From the IMG/VR virus record IMGVR_UViG_3300029922_000001, positions 377,499 through 441,498 of that record: a DNA stretch of 64,000 nucleotides; one strand, given 5' to 3'. Position 1 is the first letter of the stretch. Each line of letters opens with the position of its first letter. This document shows positions 1 through 11,722 of this stretch, piece after piece. Under the pieces are notes generated by a model, which did not search any database, had not been told where the DNA came from, and saw only the letters and a program-made list of their open reading frames with translations. Made by a program: the position numbers and the translations under genes.

Positions 1-57
1 CGGCAATTGATGAACTAAAAGAAGTTTCGAATCAACAGGTTGTGGTACACTAATATC

Positions 58-516
58 ATGAAAGAAGATCAATTGGCTCATATTAAAAAATTAGATAAAA
101 AACACACAAAATTATCTAATCAAATACATGATCTAATTGAATCTGCTTATAAAACAGTTAGCACATTAGAAGAAGCAAAATATCTTCTAGATCAATTGTC
201 TTTGGTTCAATGCGGTGCGTGGCATAGGGTTCAATTACGCATTTGGATTAACGATTTTCCACAAGATTTTGAAAAGTTATCCAATAATCATATTCCTGTT
301 ATTACTGATGATGAAATGATTAAACTCAAAAGGTTAGATAAACAGTGGAATAAAGTTTTTGATGATGCATATAATTTTCTAAAACCTATTGTTGAGGAAG
401 CGATGGCTGATGACAAATTAGGTCTAGAATTTTGTGAACAAACACTTAATATGGAAATTTGCGGATTCGAAAAATGTGAGATTCGCACAGCATTACGTAA
501 GAAGAACTTAATATAA
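58..516 (+). CDS. Hypothetical protein, two tandem copies of a small helical domain (paralog of 6148..6360)
   Basis: ATG at 58 lies 6 nt after TACACT. Both halves resemble MTDDQLKRLKRLNKR..KL.D.I..LL.P.VEE of 6148..6360. Confidence 0.7.
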   Translation: MKEDQLAHIKKLDKKHTKLSNQIHDLIESAYKTVSTLEEAKYLLDQLSLVQCGAWHRVQLRIWINDFPQDFEKLSNNHIPVITDDEMIKLKRLDKQWNKVFDDAYNFLKPIVEEAMADDKLGLEFCEQTLNMEICGFEKCEIRTALRKKNLI

Positions 517-616
517 GGTATACTAACAAAATGAGGAAATGCCCAAATAACAAAATTCACTTTACTAAGGCATGGTTTCTAAATCCCCAATGTTCAATTT
601 TAAGGTATAATAAAAC

Positions 617-2191
617 ATGAAGCAAAGTCTAGAAGAACAGGCGAAATCACTCCGAAGTGAATTAGCTAAAATCGAAGAAGAACAGAGATATCAACAATTT
701 CCATTATTGTATGATTACTTAAAACAAAATGGATTTAATTTTTTTGGTAATTTTGCTGATAAGATTGTTAATGAAAATTTTTCTATTATGATTAAGTTTT
801 ATGCCTACACAATTGAAGCTTGTTTTCAGGATCGTAAAAACAAAAATTACGAAATTTATCCACTTATTTTTGCTTACGAAAAAAATGAATCTGCTAATCA
901 AGAATTAGAAGCTATTGAAAATCTCAAGAAGTTAACACTGCCAATTAAGTATAAAATGTATTTTGATCATGATGTAGAATTTTATTACAATTCTCTTAAT
1001 ATGGAAGATGCTAAGGAATCCTATCAGGAAGTGGTTAACTACATGAAAGCAAATGATTTCAAAATCACTATTCACAAAGTGTTGTCAACTGATTAATTTC
1101 AGGTATACTAACGACAATGAAACTCGAAGATTATGTAAAAGATAATATTGCTAGATATCCTGGTCTATATGTCGGATTTGATTATGAAATATCTAGATTG
1201 CACGTTCTTGATCATACTTTTTTAGTACTCGGTAATGGCATGGAATGGGCTGAAACTGGCGATTCTAAAACTGGTGGTTATATGGTTCACCCAAAGAGTG
1301 TTAAGCGTAAAGGTGAATGGACTAGAGTAAAAGACAAGCCATATGGTAAGGAAAAATATACAGGTCCTGATATTGATAGGTTTTTTACCGATGACTGGAT
1401 TGAGGTAAACATTCTTGATCCTAAAAATTTTGATTTACTTCATACTGTTTATAATGCCCAACCAGTATGGGAGGGTTTTCTTTCCGACTTGCCACAAGAA
1501 CTCTTATCCGAATCTATTGAAAGAAATTACAGATATAAAGATGGCATATTTGTTCAAGACAATTCTGAGTTTCATATTAAAATTTTTGGTAAAAATGAGT
1601 TTCTATTCGCACCCGAACAATTGAATTTGGTTAACCCTAAGTATTTAATTGAAGTAGAAACCCATCGTGATTTTATTAAGCATCATGCAGGTAGTAGAAA
1701 CTTTTTTGCACCTTATCCATTCTGTGAGAAATCTTGGGCATATGCTGAAATTGATCCTAAGTTGATTCAACCTGATTGGCGACAAGGGATGATTGATGTC
1801 ATGCAAGCATCTTTGGACTATTACAATAACACTCCATATGGTCATGAAAATATGGCTTATAATCAATATGCTCGTGATTTTTCAGAAAAGATTTCTGAGT
1901 ATTGTCAAAGGTGGCAAAACCGCAAAACAAATACTTAAAGATTGGAGTTTAACACTTGAAGATGTACCTGAATTTGTTGATCTTGAATTTTCTAAAAGAC
2001 GATTTCCAGTATGTAAATCTTTCTTTAAGATGACTAGTAAGGAAAAGATGAATTCAATGAAGCCAAAACCAGAATTTGAAGAACTTGACAAGTACGGTGA
2101 TGCTCTATGTAGAGGGTCTTATGAAAGAGCTAGAAAGATGCGTATTGGATTTCTTGAAGAAGCACTAACAACATTGAGGGCGATTAAATGA
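617..2191 (+). other. Hypothetical ORFs 617..1096, 1117..1938, 1793..2191 (start of the last uncertain)
   Basis: Co-directional ORFs; the first two start 5-7 nt after a -10 hexamer. No family recognised. Confidence 0.7.
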
Positions 2192-2270
2192 CACCAGCCA
2201 AGTATTGAACTTACTACATTTTTAGAGAGTTTTAACACAAACTAGCCGGAATTGAGGTATAATAGCAGAT

Positions 2271-2576
2271 ATGAAAATAATTCACGTACTTAGTCTTCTA
2301 GTAAGTGTTATACTTATTACTCATGCTCTTGATAAAGCTGCATATAAACAGAATCAATCACAAGCTTTGTATTCGCAGGATAATGCTTTAAAGATGTATG
2401 TCGATCCAGATTTAAATGTTAATGATGCGGCTGTCAATCCCAAGAATTACCCCAATACTCAACTAGACGTTAATATGCATATTCCCGGTAAACAAGACAC
2501 TGGCGAAAAAAACATTAGTGAAAAGGGTCCAACTAAGGTTGGGGATCGTAGTCCACGTAAAGATACAGGAAGTTAA
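2271..2576 (+). CDS. Hypothetical protein with signal peptide or N-terminal anchor
   Basis: MKIIHVLSLLVSVILITHA hydrophobic N-terminus; ATG 7 nt after TATAAT. Confidence 0.65.
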   Translation: MKIIHVLSLLVSVILITHALDKAAYKQNQSQALYSQDNALKMYVDPDLNVNDAAVNPKNYPNTQLDVNMHIPGKQDTGEKNISEKGPTKVGDRSPRKDTGS

Positions 2577-2579
2577 AAT

Positions 2580-3014
2580 ATGGCGATTGTATTACTGGCT
2601 TTTGTTTTGGCACTCTTGATTGTTGTTGTACTTATTGCTTATAAGTCATATCAACAAAATCAAAAACTACTTGAAAAAGATAAGAAATTGACAGAGCAAT
2701 TGGATAATTGCCAAACTTATCTTGTGGAAGGGAAATTCCATATTGGCGATATCTTAACTGCATGTTCAAATCATATGCTTGCTCCTAAAAAGGAAGAGGG
2801 TATTAGAGAACTTGCAGAATACATGTTAGGAACAACTGTAGATATGGCTGAATTAGAATCATCTGTCGATAAAATCATTCCAGAATTGAATCATCAATTC
2901 CCTTGGATTAAGACAATTACTTTCGATGAATGCAATGAATCGAATTGGAAAGAATTTAGAGATAAATATGCCGAACAATATGGTGAATATCTCAACGTGA
3001 ATATGGTATACTAG
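2580..3014 (+). CDS. Membrane-anchored hypothetical protein
   Basis: N-terminal hydrophobic helix followed by a short coiled coil. Confidence 0.7.
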   Translation: MAIVLLAFVLALLIVVVLIAYKSYQQNQKLLEKDKKLTEQLDNCQTYLVEGKFHIGDILTACSNHMLAPKKEEGIRELAEYMLGTTVDMAELESSVDKIIPELNHQFPWIKTITFDECNESNWKEFRDKYAEQYGEYLNVNMVY

Positions 3015-3024
3015 GAAAGTAAAT

Positions 3025-3549
3025 ATGAAAAACTTCAAACTCACACTTCTCGCACTCTTTGCTGTTGTAGCAAGCGTTTTCGTCACTGGCTGTACATCTA
3101 ACTATAACGATGGTTATGGTAATGATGGTTATGCTTATCAGCAGCCCGTCTATGACTATAACGCCAATCCTGTCTATATTATGCAGGGTGGTTCATACGT
3201 CCGAATCTATTCTACTCCTGCTGTTGGAGTCTCCGTCTATTCTCGTAGTAGCAATGGTAGCTATGGTGTAAGTTCATCTTATACTGGTTATCGCACTCGT
3301 GTCGCACAAAGTACTACAATGGCTCGTTCTGCTGGTACTACAGGTCGTTCTTCAGGTTCCAGTTCTAGTAACGGTGGTTGGAGAGGCGGTAGTTCTTCTA
3401 CTCGTAGTTCAACTCCTAGTTCAAGTGGCGGCGGTTGGCGTGGTGGTTCCTCTAGTTCTAGCTCAATGGGCGGCGGTTGGAGAGGTTCATCTAGCTCAGG
3501 TTCATCTAGTTCTAGCTCAGGTTCAAGTTCTAGGAGTGGTCGTAGATAA
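3025..3549 (+). CDS. Lipoprotein with Gly/Ser-rich low-complexity tail
   Basis: Signal peptide ending in lipobox VTGC; three GGWRG(G)SSS repeats; GGAAAG SD-like upstream. Confidence 0.75.
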   Translation: MKNFKLTLLALFAVVASVFVTGCTSNYNDGYGNDGYAYQQPVYDYNANPVYIMQGGSYVRIYSTPAVGVSVYSRSSNGSYGVSSSYTGYRTRVAQSTTMARSAGTTGRSSGSSSSNGGWRGGSSSTRSSTPSSSGGGWRGGSSSSSSMGGGWRGSSSSGSSSSSSGSSSRSGRR

Positions 3550-6500
3550 TGAATTACGGCAACTTCACACTACCTCTAGGTAATAGTAACTACATTAGTG
3601 TAGAACTAACACCAGATAATAAGACTGTAACCTCAGACCTTCGTGTTGCATTCGTCAGAAATGACAATGACAACATCTGGAATGATGGAGTCAGCGTAAT
3701 CGAATTCTTGGTTACTAATCTGTTTGAGCAAGGTATTGATGTTGTCGGTAATCCTGCAATCGTTGCAGCTATCGAAGAGACACTTAATAACCTTAACGGT
3801 TACAGCTACGACTAAATAAGATTGGGGTGGAAATCCCCAACACGCGAAAATCAGGTATACTCAAAACATGAACGAATTTAAAACAGGCACAAAAGTCTAT
3901 TATGCAACTCGAATTTGCGAACTTACAATTGATGCAGATAAACAAAGTATTAGTTTGCATGATGGCATTGGAATCACTGGTCTTCATATTTCGGCTTTAG
4001 AACAGTGCCGTAATCTCACTCCATTTATTGAGCAAGTAGTTGAACTATTAAAGGGTTACAAATATCAAATGTCTGAATCCAATACACTTGATTGGAAAAC
4101 ATCTTCAGTATTCAATCAGTTGGTACTTAATTTTATTGATACCTACACTAGTCTTTATGATGATGATGCAAGTGAAGCTTGGACACGTTTGTATGGCTAT
4201 AAGAATCGACTATTGGCACTCAAACAAGAGTATGATCTTGAGGTAATGAAGCTAAGGTAGCTGAAGAAAGACGGTTGCTTAATCTTCCAATTGAGGTATA
4301 ATACTATCATGTTAGCTTGGTGTAGAAAGTGTCATAAAGACAGAGAAATAATTGATACAGGAGAATTCATTGAAGATAATGAGTTCTTCTGTAAAACTTG
4401 TCAAACTAAAATGGTTAGTAGTGATCTTACACAAGCATTATTGGATGAAGTAACCAGTTTAAGAAGTGATTTAGATGAACTTAAACAAGTAATAAATATA
4501 CTTTTGCAACACTATACGAGTAGAGGATTTTAAACATGAAAGAACTTAAAAAGGAAGATATTAAAAAATATTGGATTGAATATAATGGAGAATATCATTA
4601 TTTTGTTGGTAAAATCCGAATAGCTAATATTTATTCTGTTGGTGATCTTTGGATTTGTGGCTGGAGTGGCTTTACAAATAGTTGTCTTTCTAGTTTATTA
4701 AATAAAGAAATAACACATGGGTATCATAACGATTTAGAACATTTAAAACAATTGTGCGAAAAACAAATGGATGAATTCCTTAATGATATGTTTGCACAAC
4801 GAAAAGTAAAATTCGATTAAAATACCCAATGAGGGATTTCGAGGTATACTGCGATCATGAATGAAAAGAACCAACCTAAGTATTTTGTCAAGTTTACAGG
4901 TACTTATGACGAATTGGAATCTCTGAATTGGAGATATGGTAAGGCTTTTGCTCGTGAATATGAGTTCTACGCTAAAAATCCTGATGGTTCAAAGCACGGT
5001 CAAGAATTGAGAATTTGGAAACATTATGAAGGCTATGTAGAATTAGATGATTTTCATGATCTTTCTTATGTGTTTTTTCTTGCAATTCAAAATAAAGAGC
5101 ATCTTAATTGGTATCAACCTGCACCAGACAAAAATGGAGTAGAGTTTGGATGTTATTACCTATGGATGAATAAAAAAGAGGGCTATTTAAAAAACTACAT
5201 CCCTGGTGACAATCCAAATAGTTTTATTTATAGAGAAGATTGGACTGATGAACAACTCAAAGAATATCACAAAACTTGGAGAGAAGCCAACATTGTCACT
5301 GAAGTTGTAGAAGAAATTGAAATGATGTTTGCAAAAGGAATGATTCAATTGGTTCCTTATGACGAATTTCCAAAGACAGAAATCCCCAATAAGGAAAATT
5401 AAGGTATACTCTGATCAATGAATAACTATGAAATCGGTAAGAAAGAATACGTATATACTAAAGGTAGTGCTACTTGTACAAGAAGAGTATATGAGGATGA
5501 TAAATTTAATCTGTCACTAGGTTCTACAAATGGTTGGACTAAAGATGGACACAGATCAGAACCAACAGCGTGGCTTAGCTTCTGTAATGAAAGTATTATT
5601 ATCTTTGGTAAGGGTTTTGAAGTTGCTAAAAAATGTAAAACCGATGCGGAATATCGAAAATTCTGCGAAAAATCACTGATTCAAACACTAAATAAATACC
5701 CTGATCTACTGTTTACCATGCTTCAAAGAAGTGAAGATAAGGGGATTAGAGAAGGACGACAACAAATTCAAGACCAGTTTAACGCCTTAATGAGATAAAT
5801 ATGGAAACACCACAACTTAAATCGAAAATTAAAACCGTTATTGAAGTAAACGCATTTGATCTTGATGCATTCGTTAAAAGTGTCTATGGCACTAAAAGCT
5901 ATAGCTTCATTGCTGATAATGAATGTGGTAATGATAGCGTACACACCTTTACAGTGGTTAATGAACAATTAGAAGACTATGAGCAAGACGAACTAAACGA
6001 ATGGAAGGAAAATGATAGTGCAGATAATTATATGACCAGCACACTTCTTCATGACCTTTGCATTAATGGTCATATTCAACCAGGAGAATATATCATCTCG
6101 GTTTGTTGGTAAATCCCCAACAAACCAGTTTTAGGTATACTTAAACCATGACAGATGATCAACTTAAACGCTTAAAACGATTAAATAAAAGACAAAGTAA
6201 ATTGACAGATGAAATATTTAATTTATTACAGCCGTTGGTTGAAGAATCATTGACGAATTCCGATGTTGCGAAGCGATTTATTGAACAAACAATTAATATT
6301 GATATTGCACAATATGATCGAAACACATTAATTCGATTACGTAAAAATGAGGTAAGATAAATGACACACCCTGGAAAAGAAATTGACGAACTTCAAAGTA
6401 AGATCACCAAACTGGCAACAAATTATCTAAAGGATCTTGTTGGTCAAATTCAAACTAAGTATCCATTTCTAAAGAATTTCAATAACAGTATGGGTTCTTG

Positions 6501-7969
6501 GAGTTTTACTACCCCAAGACCTAATAGTTATAATACATTTACGGAAAGTGATCTTAGGGATAAGGATATCTATTGTGGATGGGATACTGAACCGCACTTG
6601 TTAGAAGTCGTTAATGATCCATTATTTGTGCAATTAGTGGAATACATGGATGAATACTATGACAAGTGTAGCTACATTAGAATGAAGTGATAATATGATT
6701 GAATGGAAAACAAAGGAAGGCAAGCAACAAGGTTATTACAAGGATAAACTTGTTGCTTATGTTCATAAACATGGTGACACGTTTGCCGAACTTTATCCTC
6801 ATGGTTATGCTTGGCTAGTTGGTGTCAGACGATATGAGAAAGTTAAGGATTTTTGTGAAGGGAAAGATTGGTGTAACACTAATTTTGATCCTGTAGAGTT
6901 TGATAATCATTTCTCAAATAAATAAGGTGAATAATGGAATTAATTAAAGACGAATGGTATCATGTGAACGTTAAAAGAAATACTTATATTTCGATGCGCC
7001 ATAAAATGAAATATAAGCGAAGGCTAGTCAAGGCTAATACTTCTTTTCGCTACTCTCAAGCAGAATTTATTACCAAAGATGGCGATGCTGTGTTTTTTAT
7101 TCATGCCTTTGGGGACTATGGATACGCTTACATTAATGCGAATGATATTAAAATTAAACACATTCCACTAGATGAACTTCACCTTGGGAAAGATTCACAT
7201 TTTTCCCAAACAATCAAATTTAAGGTATACTCTGATTATAATGTTTGATGTAAGAGATTATTTTAATTCACTTGATAAAGTAGAAGTTATCGTACTTAGA
7301 CGACCTGATTTTCTGGCTGATGATTTTGAATATGAAAGCTATGTTGGATTGGGTATTATGCACAATTGTTTTAAAGAACGTATCATTAAAGATGATATTG
7401 TAAATATCACAATATCATTCCCGGAACGTTGGCTTAATATCATCGAAAGAAGAATGTTGTTTGAAAGAATTTCTTTGTATTATCCAAATCTTAAAACTCT
7501 ATTAATTAAAACACATTGTCCAATTTTAATTGGTTGTGTGCCAAATAAATATGCTTATCTGTTAACCGCAGAAAACGATATTGTGGCAACATCTGGTCGT
7601 GGAGAAAATCATGATAGAGAAACATCTATAGAAGATCCTACGGCGCTTTTTAAGGGAATTTCTGAAGGAAAACTATTTACGGCTTAATTGAGGTATACTA
7701 AATCCATGAAAACCGCTAAAGAAGCCATACATGTTTTTATTTTTAACCCACAAGATAATGGTGGGGAACAATTATCTTTATCAACGATTTATGCAGATAC
7801 AGGTGACCTAATTGATGGACTTTGTATTAATCAAGAATTAGAGTTGCAGTCTTATTGTAATTCCGTATCACTAAATCTAAATGCAGTTTGTTTTACTCCT
7901 GAAAATTTACGAAAACTAGCAGATGAACTAGAAGTATTTCGAATTAAAAACTTCCCAAACAAGGTATAA
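3549..7969 (+). other. Run of small hypothetical ORFs: 3549..3815, 3868..4260, 4309..4533 (CxxC-CxxC Zn ribbon), 4536..4820, 4857..5402, 5418..5798, 5801..6112, 6148..6360, 6361..6690, 6695..6925, 6934..7248, 7241..7687, 7706..7969
   Basis: Tightly packed co-directional ORFs; starts moved to the ATG just after the -10 hexamer where one is present. Confidence 0.7.
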
Positions 7970-7982
7970 TCTTTCTAATCTC

Positions 7983-8357
7983 ATGATTGAAATCTTAAAA
8001 AATGATTATGCAAAAAATGCATTGATGGCATTAAACCATAATTTGTATCATAATGTAAATTGGGGTTTGAAATCTTCATTGGAAAATCCCCAAAAGAATG
8101 ATTTTGTTATTTTAGCTTTAAATGATAAAATCCCAGTTGGTGTAATATTTGGTAAATACTATCGACATTATGATAGTTACGGATTAAGTATTTATGTAAA
8201 ACCAGAATATAGAAGAATGGGTATAGGCACCTTATTGATTAATGAAAGTAAAAAAATGGTCAACAAGGAACTAATAGGTTATCCTGGTATTGAAGAAAGT
8301 GGTGCATTCTATAAAAAACAAATTAATGTTACAAAATATGGTAGTTGGGCATCTTGA
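7983..8357 (+). CDS. GNAT-family N-acetyltransferase
   Basis: LSIYVKPEYRRMGIGTLLI acetyl-CoA-binding motif A (R-x-x-G-x-G); later A..FYKK. Confidence 0.8.
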   Translation: MIEILKNDYAKNALMALNHNLYHNVNWGLKSSLENPQKNDFVILALNDKIPVGVIFGKYYRHYDSYGLSIYVKPEYRRMGIGTLLINESKKMVNKELIGYPGIEESGAFYKKQINVTKYGSWAS

Positions 8358-8471
8358 TTTTAGATTGCTTTAACTTCCCAATAAGGTATAATAAGCCATG
8401 ACACAAAACGCCCACAAACTAATAGTAATGGGAATTAAAACCAACAAAACATATAAGGAAATAAAAATATA

Positions 8472-9494
8472 ATGATCAAGTTTTTGGAATATCCGTCAAT
8501 CGAACAATTTCGCTCCGTAATTAAAGATTTTAGTCAGGCTGAATTTATTGGTTTAGATGAAGATGGAAATAAAGTTTATGATCGCACTAAACCTAAGCCA
8601 ATTGTTACTTTTAGAGGGACAGTCAAGCTTCACGGAACCAATAGTTGCGTTGCATATCATAATGGTGAAATTGCAATTCAATCTCGTACACAAAATATTA
8701 CACCAGAGAAAGATAATGCTGGATTTGCTTCATTTGTAATGCAACATAAAGAAGCGTTTTTGAATATTTTTGATCAAATTTTAACAAATCATCCTACGGA
8801 AAAAACGATTTATATGTACGCCGAATGGTGCGGTGGCAACATTCAAAAGGGTGTAGCCATTGCTAACCTTCCTAAATCTTTCTTTATCTTTGATATTTGT
8901 ATTTCTGATACAAATGAAGAAGAGATTACTCGTGAGTGGATTGATATTACTCCATATAGAGATATTGATAATGGTATTTATAATATTTTCGATTATCCTA
9001 ATTGGACTATGGATATTGATTTTAATAACCCAGCTTTAAAACAAAATGATCTAATTGATATTACAATTGGAATCGAAGATGAATGCCCAGTTGGTAAAGC
9101 TTTTGGCTTCTCAGGTACGGGTGAAGGTGCTGTATGGTCAGCAATTCATAATGGAAAGCGTTATATCTTTAAGGTTAAAGGTGAAAAGCACTCAGTAAGT
9201 AAAGTAAAAACCTTAGCTAGTGTAGACGTTGAAAAGCTTAACGGAATTAATGAATTCATTGATTATGCTGTTACCGAAAATCGACTAGATCAAGCTATTG
9301 ATACTGTCTGTAAAAATAGTCTAGATATTCAAAAAATGGGTGATATCATTCGTTGGGTAATGGCAGATGTAATTAAAGAAGAAACCGACACATTAGAATC
9401 TAATGGACTTACTACTAAAGATGTTACTAGTAAAATCGCAGAAAAAGTTCGTAAAATGGTTAGTCTTCGATTGGATAAACAAAGCGGTTTATAA
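8472..9494 (+). CDS. RNA ligase, Rnl2-like (ATP-dependent)
   Basis: Motif I KLHGTN, QSR, YAEWCGGNIQKGV, FFIFDI, GEGAVW, IFKVK. Confidence 0.85.
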   Translation: MIKFLEYPSIEQFRSVIKDFSQAEFIGLDEDGNKVYDRTKPKPIVTFRGTVKLHGTNSCVAYHNGEIAIQSRTQNITPEKDNAGFASFVMQHKEAFLNIFDQILTNHPTEKTIYMYAEWCGGNIQKGVAIANLPKSFFIFDICISDTNEEEITREWIDITPYRDIDNGIYNIFDYPNWTMDIDFNNPALKQNDLIDITIGIEDECPVGKAFGFSGTGEGAVWSAIHNGKRYIFKVKGEKHSVSKVKTLASVDVEKLNGINEFIDYAVTENRLDQAIDTVCKNSLDIQKMGDIIRWVMADVIKEETDTLESNGLTTKDVTSKIAEKVRKMVSLRLDKQSGL

Positions 9495-9540
9495 TTATTT
9501 GGGGAATCCCCAATCGAGAAAATTAAGGTATACTAAGATT

Positions 9541-10217
9541 ATGAAAGATAAATGGGGACAAATAATGTGGTATCGCATCCTAACTTTGATAACTGCTCTT
9601 TACGGTTTAGGTACACTATTAGCTATATGTGGGGCTGCGTATATAAAACACGGATTTCAAAATTTATATCATATGCCAGCTTGTTTCGCCATTACTATTG
9701 TACTTTTGACTACATGTGTTTTTGCAGCAAAAAAACTCTTAAAACTTGAGAAAGAATATTTTAGTGATAAACAATGAAACCTAAAGAAAGAATTGAAGAA
9801 AGAATTGAAAAAATAAGAACACCAGAAGAAATAAGAAATGAATTATTTCTTCGTGATCTTCTTATGTGTGGACTTTATAGCCATTTGATGGCACAGGATG
9901 TTATTACTGTGGAATCTATTAAAAAGCAATTCTATAGTGAACTTAAATTCATGAATTTAAGTTTTTATAAACCTAGACCAGAAGAAGACGCCACTGGTTA
10001 TGATCTTTATGAATTCGATGACGCCAAACTGAACTCATTTACGGAAAACGAACTATTTTTACTTAATGGTATGTGTCATACTATATCCAATATCTATATG
10101 GCTATTAATGATGTAGAAAGACAGGCGCAAAGAGCGCAACAAACAGCCGATAATGCTTATCGTGTTGCTAATGATGCAAGATGTACAGCACAAGTTGCTG
10201 GTGGAAGAACGGTATAA
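9541..10217 (+). other. Hypothetical ORFs 9541..9777 (two TM segments) and 9774..10217
   Basis: ATG 9541 follows the repeated promoter; ATGA stop/start overlap at 9774-9777. Confidence 0.65.
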
Positions 10218-10224
10218 TCAAGTC

Positions 10225-10641
10225 ATGAATGAAGACAATCGACCTAAAGTTGGCGTAGCTGCAATGATTAAGCATAATGGCTGTGTCTTACTTGGATTAA
10301 GAGCAGGTAAAAGAGCTAATGGTAAGTGGGGTTTCCCTGGTGGTCATGTGGAATTCGCAGAACATCCAATTGATGCTATTGTTAGAGAAACGAAAGAAGA
10401 AACCAATCTAGATGTTATCATTAGTGATAATTGGGATTTAGGATGGGCAAGCAATGTTTTCGAAAACTCACACTACATTACACTTTATATTGGTTGCGAA
10501 CTAACTAATCAATGTTGGTCAACTGATGTAGTCAGAATGGAACCAGATAAATTCTCAGAATGGAAATGGTTTGATATTAATGAATTGCCAGATAATTTAA
10601 TGTTCGATAATATGTACGAACTTATTAGATCGAACAAATAA
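10225..10641 (+). CDS. Nudix hydrolase (NUDT15/MutT-like)
   Basis: Complete Nudix box GGHVEFAEHPIDAIVRETKEETNL plus PKVGV and MEPDK..EWKWF; ATG 6 nt after TATAAT. Confidence 0.9.
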   Translation: MNEDNRPKVGVAAMIKHNGCVLLGLRAGKRANGKWGFPGGHVEFAEHPIDAIVRETKEETNLDVIISDNWDLGWASNVFENSHYITLYIGCELTNQCWSTDVVRMEPDKFSEWKWFDINELPDNLMFDNMYELIRSNK

Positions 10642-10705
10642 ATCCCCAATAGGAGAATTAGAGGTATACTCTAGACAACACAATCAGGAAAATCTTCAAG
10701 AAAGC

Positions 10706-10734
10706 TTGACAAAAGACTTCAAGATAGGTATAAT
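10706..10734 (+). promoter_or_regulatory. Consensus sigma-70 promoter TTGACA-17-TATAAT upstream of the tmRNA-like RNA
   Basis: TTGACA 10706-10711 and TATAAT 10729-10734, in tandem with a CCCCAA-type promoter at 10641-10670 that has no ATG after it. Confidence 0.85.
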
Positions 10735-10758
10735 GAATGAGTAAGAAAGAAAGCAAGC

Positions 10759-11022
10759 GCCCGATAGCTTGGGTTAACGCAGACTTAACAAGTAGATGTC
10801 TATATTGATTCACTCATTGCGCAATGAGAAGAATAACGGGACACGCTGAATGGAAAATAGATAACTGAGATTAACACAGTTATTTATAAAGAAGACAGTA
10901 GCATAAAGAGAAAGCAAGTGAGGCTTAGAGTACGTAATGTTAATCACCCTCTAAGATAATGAGTAAGTAACGTAGTGGTGTTTGGTGAGTTTGATGTGTA
11001 GGTTCGATGCCTACATCGGGCT
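10759..11022 (+). ncRNA. tmRNA-like / tRNA-like RNA A (264 nt)
   Basis: Acceptor GCCCGAT/ATCGGGC plus U discriminator; T-arm GTAGG-TTCGATG-CCTAC; stemless D-loop AGCTTGGGTTAAC; CAGACTT(10780-86)/GAGTTTG(10987-93) helix; about 200-nt insert. Confidence 0.65.
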
Positions 11023-11026
11023 CGCG

Positions 11027-11722
11027 TTAAATATGTCTATTGTAAATATTTTTAATTAAATTGTTTACAATAGACCAATATTCATCTTTATGAGATTGAG
11101 TTAAGTGTTTGCATTTAGATGAATCTATAGTACAAAATTCTATTCCATTTTCATTACATAAAATAGATTTTTGTTTGTCATTATTTTGAATTTTATTCAA
11201 TTTATCTTGCCCGTAAATTGGTTCATAATGGAAAATACCATTAAGTTCAATAGCTAATTTCAGTGTTGGAAAATAAAAGTCTAATTCTGAATCAATCGCC
11301 TTATGTTTATTGTATTCACAATTCAACTCTGGGTAATGTAATTGTATTTGTTCTTCAAGATAAACCTCTAATTTAGATCGTCTATTGCCATGTGTTTTGT
11401 TTTTATTGTTGTAGGTGGTGGCGCAACTATGATTACAGAAAAATCTTCCAGTATTTGATTTTTTTATTGCTCCTAATCTTACTGTTATTTTTTTACTACA
11501 ACATGAACATTCTTTAGGAACTCTATATTTTATACTTTTTTGTGATGTCATGCACCTTGTAGAACAATAAAGTGGTTGATTTCTTTTAAGAGTTTTATTT
11601 ATTTGAGATTTCTTTCTTATAAAATATAAATTACAAGCATAACAAATTAATTCAATTTGAGGATCACCTTTAAATTGATTTAAATATTCTATTGATATAT
11701 TATTAGATAATGGAGTGTTCAT
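11027..11722 (-). CDS. Free-standing PD-(D/E)XK (Vsr/DUF559-like) endonuclease with Cys-rich Zn-binding N-terminus; probable homing endonuclease
   Basis: CS.RC, CSCC, FCNHSC motifs, then ELDFYFPTLKLAIELNGIFHY; the only long minus-strand gene; sits inside the RNA cluster. Confidence 0.75.
   Translation of the reverse strand: MNTPLSNNISIEYLNQFKGDPQIELICYACNLYFIRKKSQINKTLKRNQPLYCSTRCMTSQKSIKYRVPKECSCCSKKITVRLGAIKKSNTGRFFCNHSCATTYNNKNKTHGNRRSKLEVYLEEQIQLHYPELNCEYNKHKAIDSELDFYFPTLKLAIELNGIFHYEPIYGQDKLNKIQNNDKQKSILCNENGIEFCTIDSSKCKHLTQSHKDEYWSIVNNLIKNIYNRHI

Noticed and set aside
7241-7687. ABC/AAA ATPase call from FPE.WL...KTHCP.LI
   Set aside because: Resembles only the Walker B/H-loop end; no Walker A, so left as hypothetical.
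10787-10986. Group I intron inside RNA A
   Set aside because: An AAGATA..GAGT S-like string exists, but I could not place P3/P4/P7 elements in the right order or a canonical anticodon loop after excision; needs Infernal to exclude fully.
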